DNA of 64,000 bases, taken from positions 5,084,001 to 5,148,000 of the forward strand of contig JBLDXI010000009.1 in assembly GCA_047495785.1 (NCBI GenBank), written 5' to 3'. Origin of the DNA: Lepidodermella squamata. Its lineage: Eukaryota > Animalia > Gastrotricha. Shown here in pieces: positions 23,848 through 37,217 of the stretch (positions within the stretch are counted from its first letter, which is position 1; each line of letters starts with the position of its first letter). The translations under genes were made by a program, and so were the position numbers. Under the pieces are notes generated by a model. It worked only from the letters and a program-made list of their open reading frames with translations, ran no database searches and had not been told where the DNA came from.

Positions 23848-26800
23848 ATGAACGGTGAGTTTATACTGCACGACATTTAATCATTATTTTACTGCTTCTC
23901 TTTAAAGACGTTGAAATGAAACCACACGAGGTCCAGTGGCTTTTCAGCCAAATGAAAGGACCCGTTGACGAGGAGGTGACAGATGGTTGGTTTGATTTCC
24001 ACTTTGATATCATTGGTCAACTTATATTTTTCATGTAGCCGATATCATATCCTGCGTCGAATTTAACACTGATGGCAGTCTTCTTGCAGCTGGAGACAAG
24101 GGTGGAAGAATCGTGATATTTCGGGAGGCTCCATCTAAGCAGAGTCAATTTATCGACTATGCTGTTTACAGCACATTCCAATCTCACGAGCCAGAGTTTG
24201 ATTATTTAAAATCAGTTGAAATTGAGGAGAAAATCAACCGCATTCGCTGGCTTCATCGTTGTAATCAGAATCACTTCCTGCTGTCGACAAACGACAAAAC
24301 AGTGAAGTTGTGGCGCATTTGCGAACGAACGAAACGCATCGAAGGCGGTAATTTAATTCGCGACGCAACTTCCCTCGATAATACCAATGTCTTCTCAACC
24401 TCGCCCGCCAATCGCCTCGGTGGCGGTGGCGTTACTAACGGCCAGAACCCCTATATACGCGGCGGCCCGGGCGCGCCTCGAGTGAAAAGGCTTCAAGTGC
24501 CACGCTACGTTGGTACGGATCTCGTTGTTGAAGCGAGCCCGAAGCGGGTGTTCGCCAACGCCCACCAGTGGCACATCAACTCGATCAGCGTGAACAGCGA
24601 CCAGCAGCTGTTCTTGTCGGCTGATGATCTGCGAATCAACGTGTGGCACTTTGAGCAGACCACCGAGTCGTTCAACATTGTCGACATCAAGCCGGCGAAC
24701 ATGGAAGAACTTTCAGAAGTCATCACATCGTCCGAGTTTCATCCACGCGATTGCAACCTATTCATTTACTCATCTTCGAAAGGTTTGTAATCGAACATCT
24801 AGATTTGCATCAGAAAGATTCGGAATCAAACTAGCTGCACTGCACCATGCTTTGATAGCTAAAGTGGAGAACAATTGAAGGGAATGTACCGTAAATACCA
24901 GAATATGAGACATGTCAGAACCTGAATAGAACACAGGCTAGAGATTTGAAAAATTATAGAACCGAAACAGAAGGCTGATCTCTGTTATACAAATCCCATG
25001 CAAGTGTTTACGGTGATGATGTAAAATCGAGATTCTCTTCAATTTATTGACGATAAATGTTAATTGATCCGGATTTACGATACAGATGGCTCGTTAGCTA
25101 GGTAAACAATTAAATATGGGCATTTCTATGATTTTCTTAGGTTATCGGAATACAAGACATTAAAATGGTATCTTCATGGTCTCTTATTGTGCAGATTTAT
25201 TGAAACTAATGTGAAACCGTACGGCGGGGTAACTATAAATGGGGAAACCTCTGAACAGCCCTAATCAACTAAATTTTGAATTTTTTCAAGTGCCAGTATT
25301 CGCCAATATTTTTATCATATTTCACGAAAAACTAGTTGAATAATGCGTTGAATGATGGGGAATCGTTTGGGGCTAAATTCCTTTAGATACTCAAACATTT
25401 ATGTATAAAAATTGGCTCGGGTGTTTTCTTGCTTTCGCTCTGAACTCGAAGAGAAAAAAATCAGATGATGTGATATAGCCGAAAACATCTCCTGGAAATC
25501 AGGTGAAAAACGGGGCTTTATTAATTAATTTCCATGAGAATTCGCAAATTAATTGGCTAAGGTTAGCCAAACACGTTTATTACTGCCGATGTTGGGTAAA
25601 AATGCAAGAAAATGATAAACCGAACTGCCCATTTCTGGTTCAAATTTGTGATTTTTTAATTAATAGCATTCCAAAGACAAGGGTTTTGTCATAAGTTACT
25701 CGTTACTGTATTACAATATGCTAATTTTTAATTTTTCAAATTTTTTGCTGATTTCAGGTATCGTACGGCTGTGCGACATGCGCTCTTCGGCGCTGTGCGA
25801 CCGCGAGGCGAAGGTGTTCGAGATGCCGGCGGACCCGGCGACGAAGACGTTCTTCTCCGACATAATCAACAGTATATCAGACGCGCGATTCTCGCACTCG
25901 GGCCGGCTGATGGCGACGCGCGACTACATGTCCGTCAAGGTGTGGGACCTGGCGATGGAGCGGCAGCCGGTCGAGATCTACTCGGTGCACGACTACCTCA
26001 GGCCGAAGCTGTGCGTGCTCTACGAGAACGACTGCATCTTCGACAAGTTCGAGGTGTCGTGGACCTACGACGACCGCTGCCTCGCCTCCGGCACCTATCA
26101 TAATTCTTTCAAGGTCATGCAACGCGACGAAGGTACATTCAATTCACATATTTTCTTTGAATACTAGATGCTCGGTCGCATATTACCAACATTTTGCTAG
26201 GGGCTTTGGGTGAAAAATTGAATTGATCGAGTTTTGGATTGGACAGCAATCAAACTTTTGGAATTTGCTCTAAATTTATCTAGTAATGCGAGTCCAGTGA
26301 AAAAATTGCGAAGCTGTAGCGATTACGCATAATTAATTATTGATTTTCTTGAAAGTCCGCGGGGTCCTCAAAGTCCCTAAAAAACCACTAGAAGTAGAAT
26401 AATTGCTTTTTTTAAATGTAACTTCCGGTTAGCTTGTTTCATTAATTAGTGAATTGATTAATGGAAAGTGTGCGTTTAACTGAATAATCATTAATATTAG
26501 AAAATGAAATCACCGGATAGTTTCTAAGTCAAAATTTCGAAACTTGAGCCCGATTTACATTTCGTAAGTCTTAAAATTCCGAGTTAGCCTCGATTTATCT
26601 TATTAGTCAAGTTGAGTTGATGAAATAATACCAAGAATGGAGTTTTGCTCATGTAATATAACATCGAAGCGTGCTCTGATTGGCATAACATCTGTTATGA
26701 ACGCGATCTATATCGCCCGAGTCAGAACTCAAGCTGTTTCTCAATTGCCCAGAGGCAGCGATCTCAGTGGGCTATCATATTAGGATTAATACTCAGATCG

Positions 26801-27912
26801 CACTAGAACCATGCTACTTGCTTATAACGAACTTCTGAATCATATCATTTGCACTTTGAAAAATGTTATCTCTTGGCAATGAAAACTGTGTAAGATACAT
26901 TTTCAACTTCATTGAGGGTACCAAGTTATGTGCTACTGTCAAATTCATATTCTATTCATAGATAACCGCAAAATCCGAATTAGAAGGCAGAGGCTAAATA
27001 GAGGGCCGAATGATAAGGCATGTAGCTATAAGATATACATGGTGACCTGTATTTTCTTGAGCAAAAAACGAGTATAAATAATAGCCCGTAAGATTGTTTA
27101 CTCAAGCTCACACTCAAAAGGCGATTTGTAGTAGTGGCTCAAACTGCTCTTTTACCAATGACTGTTTTTCATTAACCCGGTGCTCTCTTGCAATACACAA
27201 TGCCTTTCTGCACGAAATTTATGTAAGCATCTCAATTTGGATTTTTCAAAATTAATGAAAAATCTTAAGTAATTTGCAATTCTACGTATCGGCTTACTAA
27301 TTATTCATAATTCGTCTCCGCCATGATTTTCTTCTTCAAAATTTTCAACTATCCGAAGGAGAAAATTCGTGGACATTCACATTTTTTATCAAATTAGATT
27401 TTCTAATGCTTTTATATCTCAAAATGAGGCGATTGTTGAGAGACTTAGCAATTAATCGCATTTTATCCCTTTTCGGACTATTCCAAAATGCTTGAGCAAC
27501 CTAAAATATATTTTTTCAACTTGCATTTTCACGAATTGTCGTTTTTCCAGGCCTATTGCGGACCATGATGGGCAACCACCTGGGCGCGGGCGCCGGTGGG
27601 CAAAACGCGTCGCCTAACGCGAGTGCCCAGCCGAGCCCACAGGCGCAGGTCGGCGGAGCGCAGCCGTCGCCGCTGCGGCTATCGACGCGCGACTTCCAGG
27701 TGTTCGAGGCGACGCGGGACTCGAGCCGCACGGGCGTGCCTATGAAGCCGAAGAAGATCGTGCCGACGGGCAAGAAGGCGAAGAAGGACGAGGTGAGCGT
27801 CGACGACGTGGATATAACGCGCAAAATTCTGCACACGTCGTGCCACCCGAACGATAATATACTAGCCATCGTCGCGACCAACAACCTCTACATCTACCAG
27901 GCCCAGCACTAG
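23848..27912 (+). CDS. PPP2R2: PP2A regulatory subunit B55 (PR55/twins)
   Basis: Spliced exons give [94 protein letters not shown] and KILHTSCHP...[10 protein letters not shown]. Start ATG is 23848 or 23833. Confidence 0.96.
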
Positions 27913-29824
27913 GAGGCGGGATGAACTGGGACGGCGGGATGATTCGCCTGCTCGATTCGAGAAGATGGAAAAAATGAAATAAAATATTATTATTACTATA
28001 ACGAACTAGCCTATATATAAAATAACTACACCAACACGCAAAAACTGAATTTGAATGATAATTATGAAAAATTGTGAAACGTGACGTTATATTGCTTCAA
28101 TCGTATATATGGGGTGAATGGAATAAATCTACGCTGCAATATACTAATCTGTTTTTCATGTTGTTTCGATGATGATGATGCAAGCCCTGCGTTTCTCTTC
28201 GGCTACTTCTATTATTACTACTAATACTACTTCTTGCTATTTCGGAAAATGTCGTTTCTGTGTTTCACGCTCACTTGGGCCTCAAAACTTGCAATTTCGA
28301 ATGAAATTTGAAGACTTAAAATTGAAAGATGAATTTTCGAAAATTCCTCCTTAATTCAGCTTTCAGCTAATTTTTTTCAAAAATTTGATTTCATTTGATT
28401 TGGAGTTTTGAGTGGCCTGAACCCGGTGTTTCCGTCTCGCTGTTTATTTTTCGTTGCCCAGCAGTTAATGAGCACACTTGCCATTACAGAAGACGGAAAT
28501 CACAAATAAAAATCGTTGCTGACTTTATTCATTTTTCTTATTCCTCTTCATTTTTCTCTCGTATCTTGCTAAAATAACTGTACACACGATGAGGCTGCTG
28601 TCACGCGTTCTTCTATTGCTTGCATGGCCCAAATCATTACTCTATATACCTATACTTATAGTCCGGTGTCGATTCTTCGACTAGAAAAAAATGATCAACT
28701 TGTTGTCATTCACAAACGCACAATTGCTTGAAAAAATTGACAATTCCGTCTTTTTAACTCTGTAATAAGGGCTCACGATGTAAGTCGGTATAAAATTTGG
28801 TATTTTTGTTATCATCGCGTAATCAGCTGATTATTTTTGCTAGTGGAGGTCAGCTTTAAATGTACAGTCTTGATACTACGATATGGCTATTCTTTCTGCT
28901 TATTATTAATTCCCGCTTATGTTCGGTGTCTCAAAAATTTGATTGAATTTAGGCCTAAATTCAGCTCATTTTTCGTCAATTTTTGAGCTATCTTGTCAAT
29001 TGCTATTAATTAAACAGGCTCGGTTTTTATAGCGACTAAAACAATTATCTTGTCAAAGAGCCTCGATATATCCTAATGATTGCTTGGTGCCACAATAACG
29101 GCGTATTTTTAAAAATCGAATTTTTTCATACTCGGTTATATGTGACGAAGAAATTAAGGTGGCTAAAAACAATTAGACGTGTGAGTCGGAAAAAGGTTTT
29201 AATTAATTATTATCATTTAGGCCGAACGTGCGTGTTTTTCTTCTCCAATATTTTTCATGTGATAAGTAACTTACTTATATATATATATATTCTCTTGGCC
29301 GAAGTTGATGAATTAATGTCTCTCCCTCTCTTTCTCTCTCGTTGATGATTCTAGATTGAACGATGTAGCTTCGAATTATCTCTATCGTCTCCTTCTCTCT
29401 CTCTCTCTCTCTTCATCTGTGTTTTCATTCACTATATGATATGCTGTATAATTCGTTATCCTCGTTTTCTCAGTGTGTTCTGTTTTTGGGCCGATCGAAA
29501 AACGTCTGAATATATTATTATTATCTATATAGGTAACAAATACAACAACTTCAACATTTCAATCAATCGCAATGGATTCAAATAAAAAATGAAATTTCCA
29601 CTAAATTCGGCAAGCTAAACTTGCCTTTTTAGATTTTCCATGAAACCGTTTGAAAAATCACCGAAATTTGAAAAAAATTGGAAAATTTTTTCCCACAATT
29701 TCATTTTCAAAAAAATTCCGAATTTTCAAAACTGGCATAAAATTAAATTTTTCTGATTTCTCTATCTAAATATTTTTCCTGAATTTTTTTAGATTTTTGT
29801 TGATTTAATTGTGATTATCGAAAA

Positions 29825-31398
29825 ATGACTGCCTCAGCCCTTATGTCGTTGGCGTTCTACGCCCTAGTCGTCGAGTCGATGATTATCATCCTACTCATCA
29901 TCCCGCTCATCTCGCCCGCCATGTGGTCGCGCCTCTTCGCGTCTAACTTCTGCAAAATGATCCAAAAACGCGGCCGCGTTCCATTCTACGTCGCGCTGCT
30001 CTTCATGGGCGTCATTTTCTACGACGCCTCGCGAGTCGAACGCGAATCACGCGAGGCTAAGGCGATTGCTGGCCCGGATTCGAACCATCACAACGTCGAG
30101 CACTTGAACGCGCGGCTGTTCCGTGCCCAGCGTGATTTGTACATTGCTGGTTTCGGCCTGTTCTTCGTTTTCGTCATCTACCGCCTCGTTAAAATGGTGT
30201 CGGAAATCGCTCGCCTCGACGCCTCGTGCACGGCCGCTCTTCGGCAAGCTGAATCTGCCAGGTAATGATCTCTTGCTGCTTTTTGAAGTTTTCATTAATT
30301 TTTGAAATATTTCTTTATTCGCTTATTTTGTAATATTTCAACCAATTATTTGGGAAACTTGATCTGAAGTCTTGAGAAAATTTTGAAAACTGAGAAAATT
30401 AAGAGAAGTCCGAGGATGAATATTCTTAAGATTCAATTTGAGGAAGGAATTTTGAAAATTGAGTGACTTCAGCAAATTTTTCGTTCGAACTGCGAAAGCA
30501 AATTATTTACACTATATGGGTCCAGAACCAAATTTTCCGAATGTTCTATTATACGCTGATTTATTTTAAAATTGGCAGAACAACGAGGTGAGTTGAAATT
30601 AGGGGATATGGAATATTTATCCTCAGATATATCAATCTACCCTATTCATCCCAATTCTTGAATTTGTTCGAACCTTCTCGATTATTCCTCGTTGTAATTT
30701 TTTGGGACTTCGCACTAGTAAATTGGCTAAGAAATCGAACACACAGGCCCACGAATTAATATTTTGTGCCAGTAAGGACGCTTTTTTACAGCTAATTTAG
30801 CTAATTTGATGCTAATATTTGTCTGCGTAATTGCTGTTTTGCGCGTTGGATGCATTATTGAAAAATGTATTTCAAAAGTTAAGAGAAAAATATTCATTGG
30901 AAATCCACGACGTGAAGATGGGAAAGAAAGAAGAAGAAAGAAAATGTGAAGATCGCTGATGAAATTTGAAAGAGGTGCGATACAATCTTGGTTTCTTGCT
31001 TAATCCCGGAATCCCGGCTTCATTTTAATTTTCGATTGATCATAAAAATTCGATCGGTAGCATCTCTTCATATTTCACTTTGGCTGAAAGTTCTTGGCTG
31101 AATTATTATAAAATAATAGAATTTGAAACTCTTTTTTAAAAATGACTAATTGATGTAATTTTCAATTTTTTACAGCCAAGCTGCTCAAGCCATGTTGAGC
31201 GGTGACTCGAAATCGAAATCATCGTCCAACGACGGCGACGCAAAGGCTGAACTGGAGAAGGCGAAGAAGGAGAACGATCGCCTGCGCAAGGATCTCGAGG
31301 CGATGCGCAGCCAAGCTGAGGGCGTCTCCCGTGAATTCGACCGCCTCGCCGACGAGAAGCAAAAGTCCGCGAACAAGGGCTCTAAGAAGGCCGAATAA
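29825..31398 (+). CDS. BCAP31: B-cell receptor-associated protein 31/29
   Basis: Exons 29825-30261 and 31176-31398. Three TM helices, RLFRAQRDLYIAGF, a coiled coil, and a C-terminal KKAE ER-retrieval motif. Confidence 0.92.
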
Positions 31399-31942
31399 AC
31401 GGGCGTGGAAAAGGAACAAAAATTGGAAAATTCTGTGTCTCCGAATTCTTTTTCACACTCATGACCTCTTGCTTTGAAATAACACAAAATCATATAATAT
31501 GATTATCGAACTTCGTAACTGAAGTTGTGAAAACCTTGAGAGTATGATATAATATAGATAGATGGTAATGTTATATTTGATAAATAGCTGTGAAAGTAGT
31601 TGCTGGGTGCTTTTCTCGCAACATTTATTCCTGAAAGCTGATGCCATTTGTACGTTGTCGAGATGGTTGAACAGACAAAAAATGATATCGCTGACTAAAT
31701 TGCCCGGCTTATGATTTTTCTATAATATTATAACTGTATATGACATAAACTGCTTGTGTGCACTTATTATCCCGGTTTTGGACAGATCCAAATAAATTTT
31801 CAACTTGAACATTTTGGTAAATTGTTTTTTTTCTGAGAGAAATAATTCAAGAGACAAGAAAACTCCAGCACTTTCGGTTTATTCATTCGCTTTCGAGTAT
31901 TCAGAAAATAATTTTCACGTTGGTGTCAAAAATAATTCAATC

Positions 31943-34043
31943 TCATGCTGCTTCTTCGGGAGCACTTTCCCCATCCAGCTGTCCAGCCATCGCCGCCGCG
32001 ACTCCGCCCTCGTCATTCGCCAGCATCGCATCGTCTGGAATAATCGAGTCATCGACTGATTGCATGATCTCCTTACCAGCTTCCCCGACAACCTCACCAA
32101 CAGAGTCGTTCAGCGTCGCCGCTTCATCCAACGCATTCGGATCTTCGACAACAGGCAATTTCGCCTGGGGTACGACGAACATCTCAGCTGGTGGGGTCAA
32201 GTCTTCGGCGATGATGTAGCCATTCCCGGGAAGGTCATCACGGCCACTGAAGCGAATCGGGATGCTTTTAAAAGCGGTTGAGACAACTAAAGGCTTGGGG
32301 GATTCGATGACAGGCGGTGGGGCTTGGACGACCACGGGCGGCGGTTCGTCAGTACTACCAGAATTGTTTACTTGAACAGGGTTGGGAGGAGGTGGCGGAA
32401 CGGGGTTTGCTACATGAGGTGGCAACGCCATCTTGCAAGCTCCAACGGAATAAACCAAACTCCTCCTGTAGTTCTCGACTTCCCATCTCGGGTGTTTTTC
32501 CGCACCGCCGAACCAGCCTCGCAGGAAATCGACCGTAGCTGAGGAAAGGGCTGAGGTCTTACCAGCAGCGACTAAATACCTCGCTGAAACCGAGTCGTTA
32601 ATTCCGGCAATGAATTTCTTCTCATGCATCATAAGATCCATCACAGGTCGGGTGAAAGGGACAGGGCCTTCAATAGCACCCTTATGCTCGGCTACTGTAG
32701 CTTGAGATAGGTCTGTGTAGTAAGTCCACGGGAATGCAGTTGTTTGCTGCTCAGTATCCGGCCGGCTCCATACTACCAAGTTGGAAATGCAAGAAGTGGT
32801 AACTTGGAGCTGTTTTGCAACTAATGATTTCGCAGCATTTTCCAAGGGCGTGGTTAGGCATAAGACTTTCGCTGGATCAACGTTGAACTGCGCGCTTCTA
32901 ACAGTTTCGTAGTCCAGAGCGGCAAGGTCTACATTAGCATCATCACTCAATGTTGAAATCACGCCGGTGATAAATTTCGACGCGGCAGTGAATAATGCCT
33001 TGTTCATGCATTCAACGCTGCTTGTTACGAATAAGATTCTAACACTTGTATCAGGTTTAAGGAAGGTGTTTGCAGTTTCAGAAGTTGGGGGCTTGTTGGC
33101 AGCTAGAGTCATTTCTAAATCACGACCTAATCCGCGGAACGACTCTAGCGCTGTTTCGCTATTGCAATTGTCGTCTACAACAATGATGATTAACTTCGCT
33201 CCGATAGAAGCTGTGATACCGTTGCCACCACAGTTGATCACGCGGCGAACTGAATCACAAGCCATATCTTCAATGTTGCTCTGAATCGTTTCAAGGAGAC
33301 TCATTTGTTCAACATAGCTTGATGAATCTCCTACGAGTGACTCGACAGATGAATTTCCACCCTGTTGCAAGCCAGTAAAGTCAACCATGTCATTGCTTGG
33401 TCGAGATGGAGGCGGCAATGTCCATGGTGCAGCAGCTAGCCTAAGCTCGACATCATCGTATGGAAGAACACCTCCTTGCGCGATTCGGCATGTTATCATT
33501 TGAGCCGATTCAACCGTTGCATTCCAGAGGGTGATGACAGTCGGGTTCTGACGAGCATCCCAGTCAGCTTCTTCTGAATCCTTAACATTTGTCCAGTTTT
33601 GGTTCTCCCCAGCAACTCGCAGCACAAAATTAGTTGGTTGATTGCCGCGAACGCCGTAGTAGGTTCTGCAAAATTCTTGGAAGTCATTTGAGTCCCCTAT
33701 GAGAGCAGCCTTGCCTCCACGAGAAACTAATTCACGCCACACTATGGGTCCCTTGTTCTCTCGGCTGCGCCGCCAGCCAAACTTGTTACAAGTGTTTTGC
33801 AGCCATTGCTAGGAGAAAAAATAATATTTAACCTCTAAAATTCCCATTTTTCTTAATTTACCTCCCACTCTGTTGGTTGCACAAATATCTTGTGCACTTC
33901 GAATGTTGGTAAGTTTGCCTTCAGTTGATCAGCAAGCAATTCACAGCGCGGGAAGTAAGGGTCATTGGCCGGCCCTAAAGATTATGCCATGAATAGGAAA
34001 AACTTGAACAAGAACTGTTACCTGCCACAACAATTTTCGCCAT
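31943..34043 (-). CDS. MDH1B: Malate dehydrogenase 1B-like protein
   Basis: Two short 5' exons give MAKIVVAGPANDPYFPRCELLADQLKANLPTFEVHKI...EWE. They join a long exon (PIVWRELVSRGGKAALIGDSNDFQEFCRTYYG) matching the MDH1B N-terminal signature. A degenerate MDH-like domain and a Pro/Glu-rich tail follow. Confidence 0.85.
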
Positions 34044-34979
34044 GTTTATTCAAGGTCGTCAGTGCTCTTAAACTGAGAGGAAACTCGGTGTTAGTGTAAC
34101 CCTTAGGCAGCGATAACCCGTGCGACCTTGGTTGCTATGACAACGTTATATAATTATTATTAGAAAATAAATTTAAATTGCTAATAAGGGAAAATGCTGA
34201 TGTTTAAAATATTGTTTGTGAAAATCCAGTTTTGAAATTTTGCGCGGTATTTTTTGTTCCACCGCTAAACCAAAAGTTAGCCCGTTTGCAATCTCTTTCC
34301 CTTGTACCCAGGCTGCTCTACCTTGTCATAACTGTTCATAATTCGAATTAGCGCTTGCAACATCTTTGCCTGCACCGCAATTGACACTAAGAAGCGTAAA
34401 TTAGTCGATTGGAATGGTTATATTATCAGATTCTCAGTTTTTATGATGCGGATGGTGAATTGTGACCAAAGAGGTTGACTCGCGGCATGGCGTCGCCAGA
34501 TGGCTTCGCAGCAGTGTAGGCTGTGGGAGACGGGACCCATTTCTGAATTGTAGGCTCCTGAGTCATGAGTCCTTGTATTGGCATTTTAGTTGGTTGTCGG
34601 GCCAAAGGTTTTTGTAAGACAAAAATGGGACATGCCTGTGCTTTTCTACGGCAGAATGTTATTCTCTCAGTTTGGCATTAGAGACCCGTTCATTTTTGAC
34701 AATTATATGGGTATGAAAACGAGACCGCTTCAGAAAATTCTAATTGACAATGATGATAATGTCCAATGTATCCAGTTCATTGCTGGCTCATTGCTGGCTT
34801 CTTTACTGGCGAATTCTTGAACAGTCCCGTTTGGGTGGAATCGAAAGCTTATTGCTACCCACGGTCGGGACCTTGATATTGAGGGCCAATCCTGAATCCT
34901 GGCAATGATAACTATATAAAGCCGTGAAACATGTTAGCTGAAGAAAATCATTTCATTCGACACGTTCAATTGTATTTCA

Positions 34980-35868
34980 ATGGCACCCGATCTAGTCAAG
35001 CGCCAATTTTGCAGCGAGGTATTAGATGGCGTAAAATCAATTGGTAGCCTGTTGGTCAGTGGCGATTCTGTTTCGCCCATCAATCATTACGAACAGCCCA
35101 AACATCAGGTTAGCTTTTAAATCTCATTGGCTTCAAAACTTGTTCAAATAACTATGAAATTAAGTATCCGAGTATAATATGCGATTCCTTTTTAATCAGA
35201 TTGCCTCAAATTTTTAGGTACTCTTACCGAGCTCGCCAGCCAAGAGCTTAGCCGCTATTAAGCCTCAAGTTCTGATAGACCTATTCGACGGTAAATTCGA
35301 CGCGCTAATCGACGCTTTCGACATTGCTGACTGTCGTTACCCGTACGAATTCGAAGGTGGCCACATTCGCGGTGCGATCAACACCCCGTTGTTGTCCCAA
35401 CTTGAGTCGAATTTCCCCATCACAGGGTGTCTAAAGCAACATCGCCGGGTTTTGATCATCCACTGCGAATTCAGCAGTCAACGCGGCCCGGCTGCGCTTC
35501 GTTGGTTCCGCAACAAAGACCGCGATTTCAACCGCGAAAACTACCCGAAGCTGGACTACCCGGAGGTTTACCTGCTCCAAGGTGGCTACAAAGCGTTTGT
35601 CGAGCTATGCGCGGCGCTCGGCCGTTTCGGCTTGATTTCCAGCCCAGATTTGTCGATTGATCAGCCGAGCAGCTACTACGTGGCCATGCGTGACGGCGAT
35701 CACCGAGCCTGGCGGCGTAAAGTTGAGGAAGATCGATGCTATATCGCGGGGTTTTCACCCGAAAATTGCTTTCAATCGACCCCGCCAGGGAAAAAAAGTG
35801 GCCCAACAGATGCTGGCAAGCCGATTCGGCTTCATAATTGTCGCCTTGATCTGGTGACTGAGGCGTGA
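34980..35868 (+). CDS. CDC25: Short Cdc25 phosphatase, copy 1 (259 aa)
   Basis: Exons 34980-35108 and 35218-35868 are in frame. Motifs DCRYPYEFEGGHIRGAIN, HCEFSSQRGP and YPKLDYPEVYLLQGGYKAF. TATATAAA at 34913. Confidence 0.9.
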
Positions 35869-36223
35869 ATCGTGTGACATTTCCTTAATTTTTGTTTCCG
35901 TTTTGAAATCACATTAAAACTATTTTCTGCTACTGCCTTGTAGCCAACCGTATTCTGCATTCAATGATAAATAAACGATATTGTTGATACACAATGATTT
36001 GTTGGCGAAAATTCTCCGAGTGATTTAATGCGATTGTCAGCCGTTGAAACAGTGAAGATGACGCTGAATGATATCGCCGCTGGAAAATTTTACTATTTTG
36101 TGGTTAATTGTTCGTTTAATTGTTCGGAGAATTGGCTAATTGGTGGACAACCTGACAAGGCTGCATTCAATTTGGCTAAAATAGTTAAATAAATCAGGTA
36201 TTGAAAATTCATAAAGGAAATTG

Positions 36224-36681
36224 TCAACTGGGGTACTTTGAGCAGCTTTGGCTTTGGCATATCAAAATTCGGAGGATCACTCTAGGCGAAATAACGACTT
36301 TTAATGCGTTAAAGTCGACCTTAATAAGCGTTATCAAGCGTTAAAACGACTGTCTCTAACGCCCATTAACAGCTAACGGCCGTTATATTGCTTTGAGTAA
36401 TAGCCTGGATGAAGGGTAATCGGAAAATGACATTGGATTTCAATTTTGATTAGGCGGCTTCCGCTGAGCAGCCACGGAAGTTCTACAGAAAATAAAAAAA
36501 TCCACTATTTCACCATAACGTTACATGTTATTTCATGTCCCGAAATAGGTTATATTGATGTGCATAGTACACATCCAGACTGGCCTCTTCTTGGGGTACC
36601 CTACTCATGGAGTCTTCACTTTACTAACTCAGATTTTTGATATCTCAAAGTGACCACACTGCTCAAAGTCACCCCAGTTGA
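36224..36681. mobile_element. MITE-like element with ~22-bp terminal inverted repeats
   Basis: TCAACTGGGG-TACTTTGAGCAG at the left end versus CTGCTCAAAGTCACCCCAGTTGA at the right end; non-coding interior. Confidence 0.55.
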
Positions 36682-37217
36682 GGGTCACTTTTTCTCAAAC
36701 AGCTTGAGCAAACTTTGACCCAGCAGTGAAAAAGTGGCCTCGTATAACAATGGTGTCCAAGACAAGATCGCGCTACCACATCATAAGGAAAATGGGATGG
36801 TTTCGCTGAAAAATTGAGAAAACTAGTTGCGCCCCGCCGGATTAAGATTTAAGAGTCCCATAACGAATCTTGCGAGTAACTATAATTAATTTCTCTCCGT
36901 ATGTATTGAGCAACGCCTATAGATCAAGACCATTGTTAACTGTTTCAAATTTAAATGAGACACAAGAAGCGATTTTGGGATTGTTTTTTCTATAGGTTAT
37001 GTTATTTGAAAGATAAAAAGAGACTTGGCCCTGAGGTCACTCTATCATGCCTCAAATAGCATGCGCAATTCGACTAATAACTGCATCAAAAAGGACAAGG
37101 ATTCGACCATAAAAGGTCAGGATAGCATTTTTTCTAGATGGCGCTGTAATATAAAGCACCGCCAAAAGATATAAAAAGTATTAAAAAATTTATTTTTGCC
37201 TCTTATTACTCTTACCA

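Noticed and set aside
29325-29412. CT microsatellite (also the CTT-rich tract at 44220-44260 and a 20-bp tandem repeat at 56414-56456)
   Set aside because: Ordinary simple repeats with no further structure.
35218-35868. Possibility that the short Cdc25s are ACR2-type arsenate reductases or horizontally acquired rhodaneses
   Set aside because: They carry Cdc25-specific motifs (DCRYPYEFEGGHI, HCEFSSxRGP, YPKLDYPEVYLLxGGY) and a spliceosomal intron.
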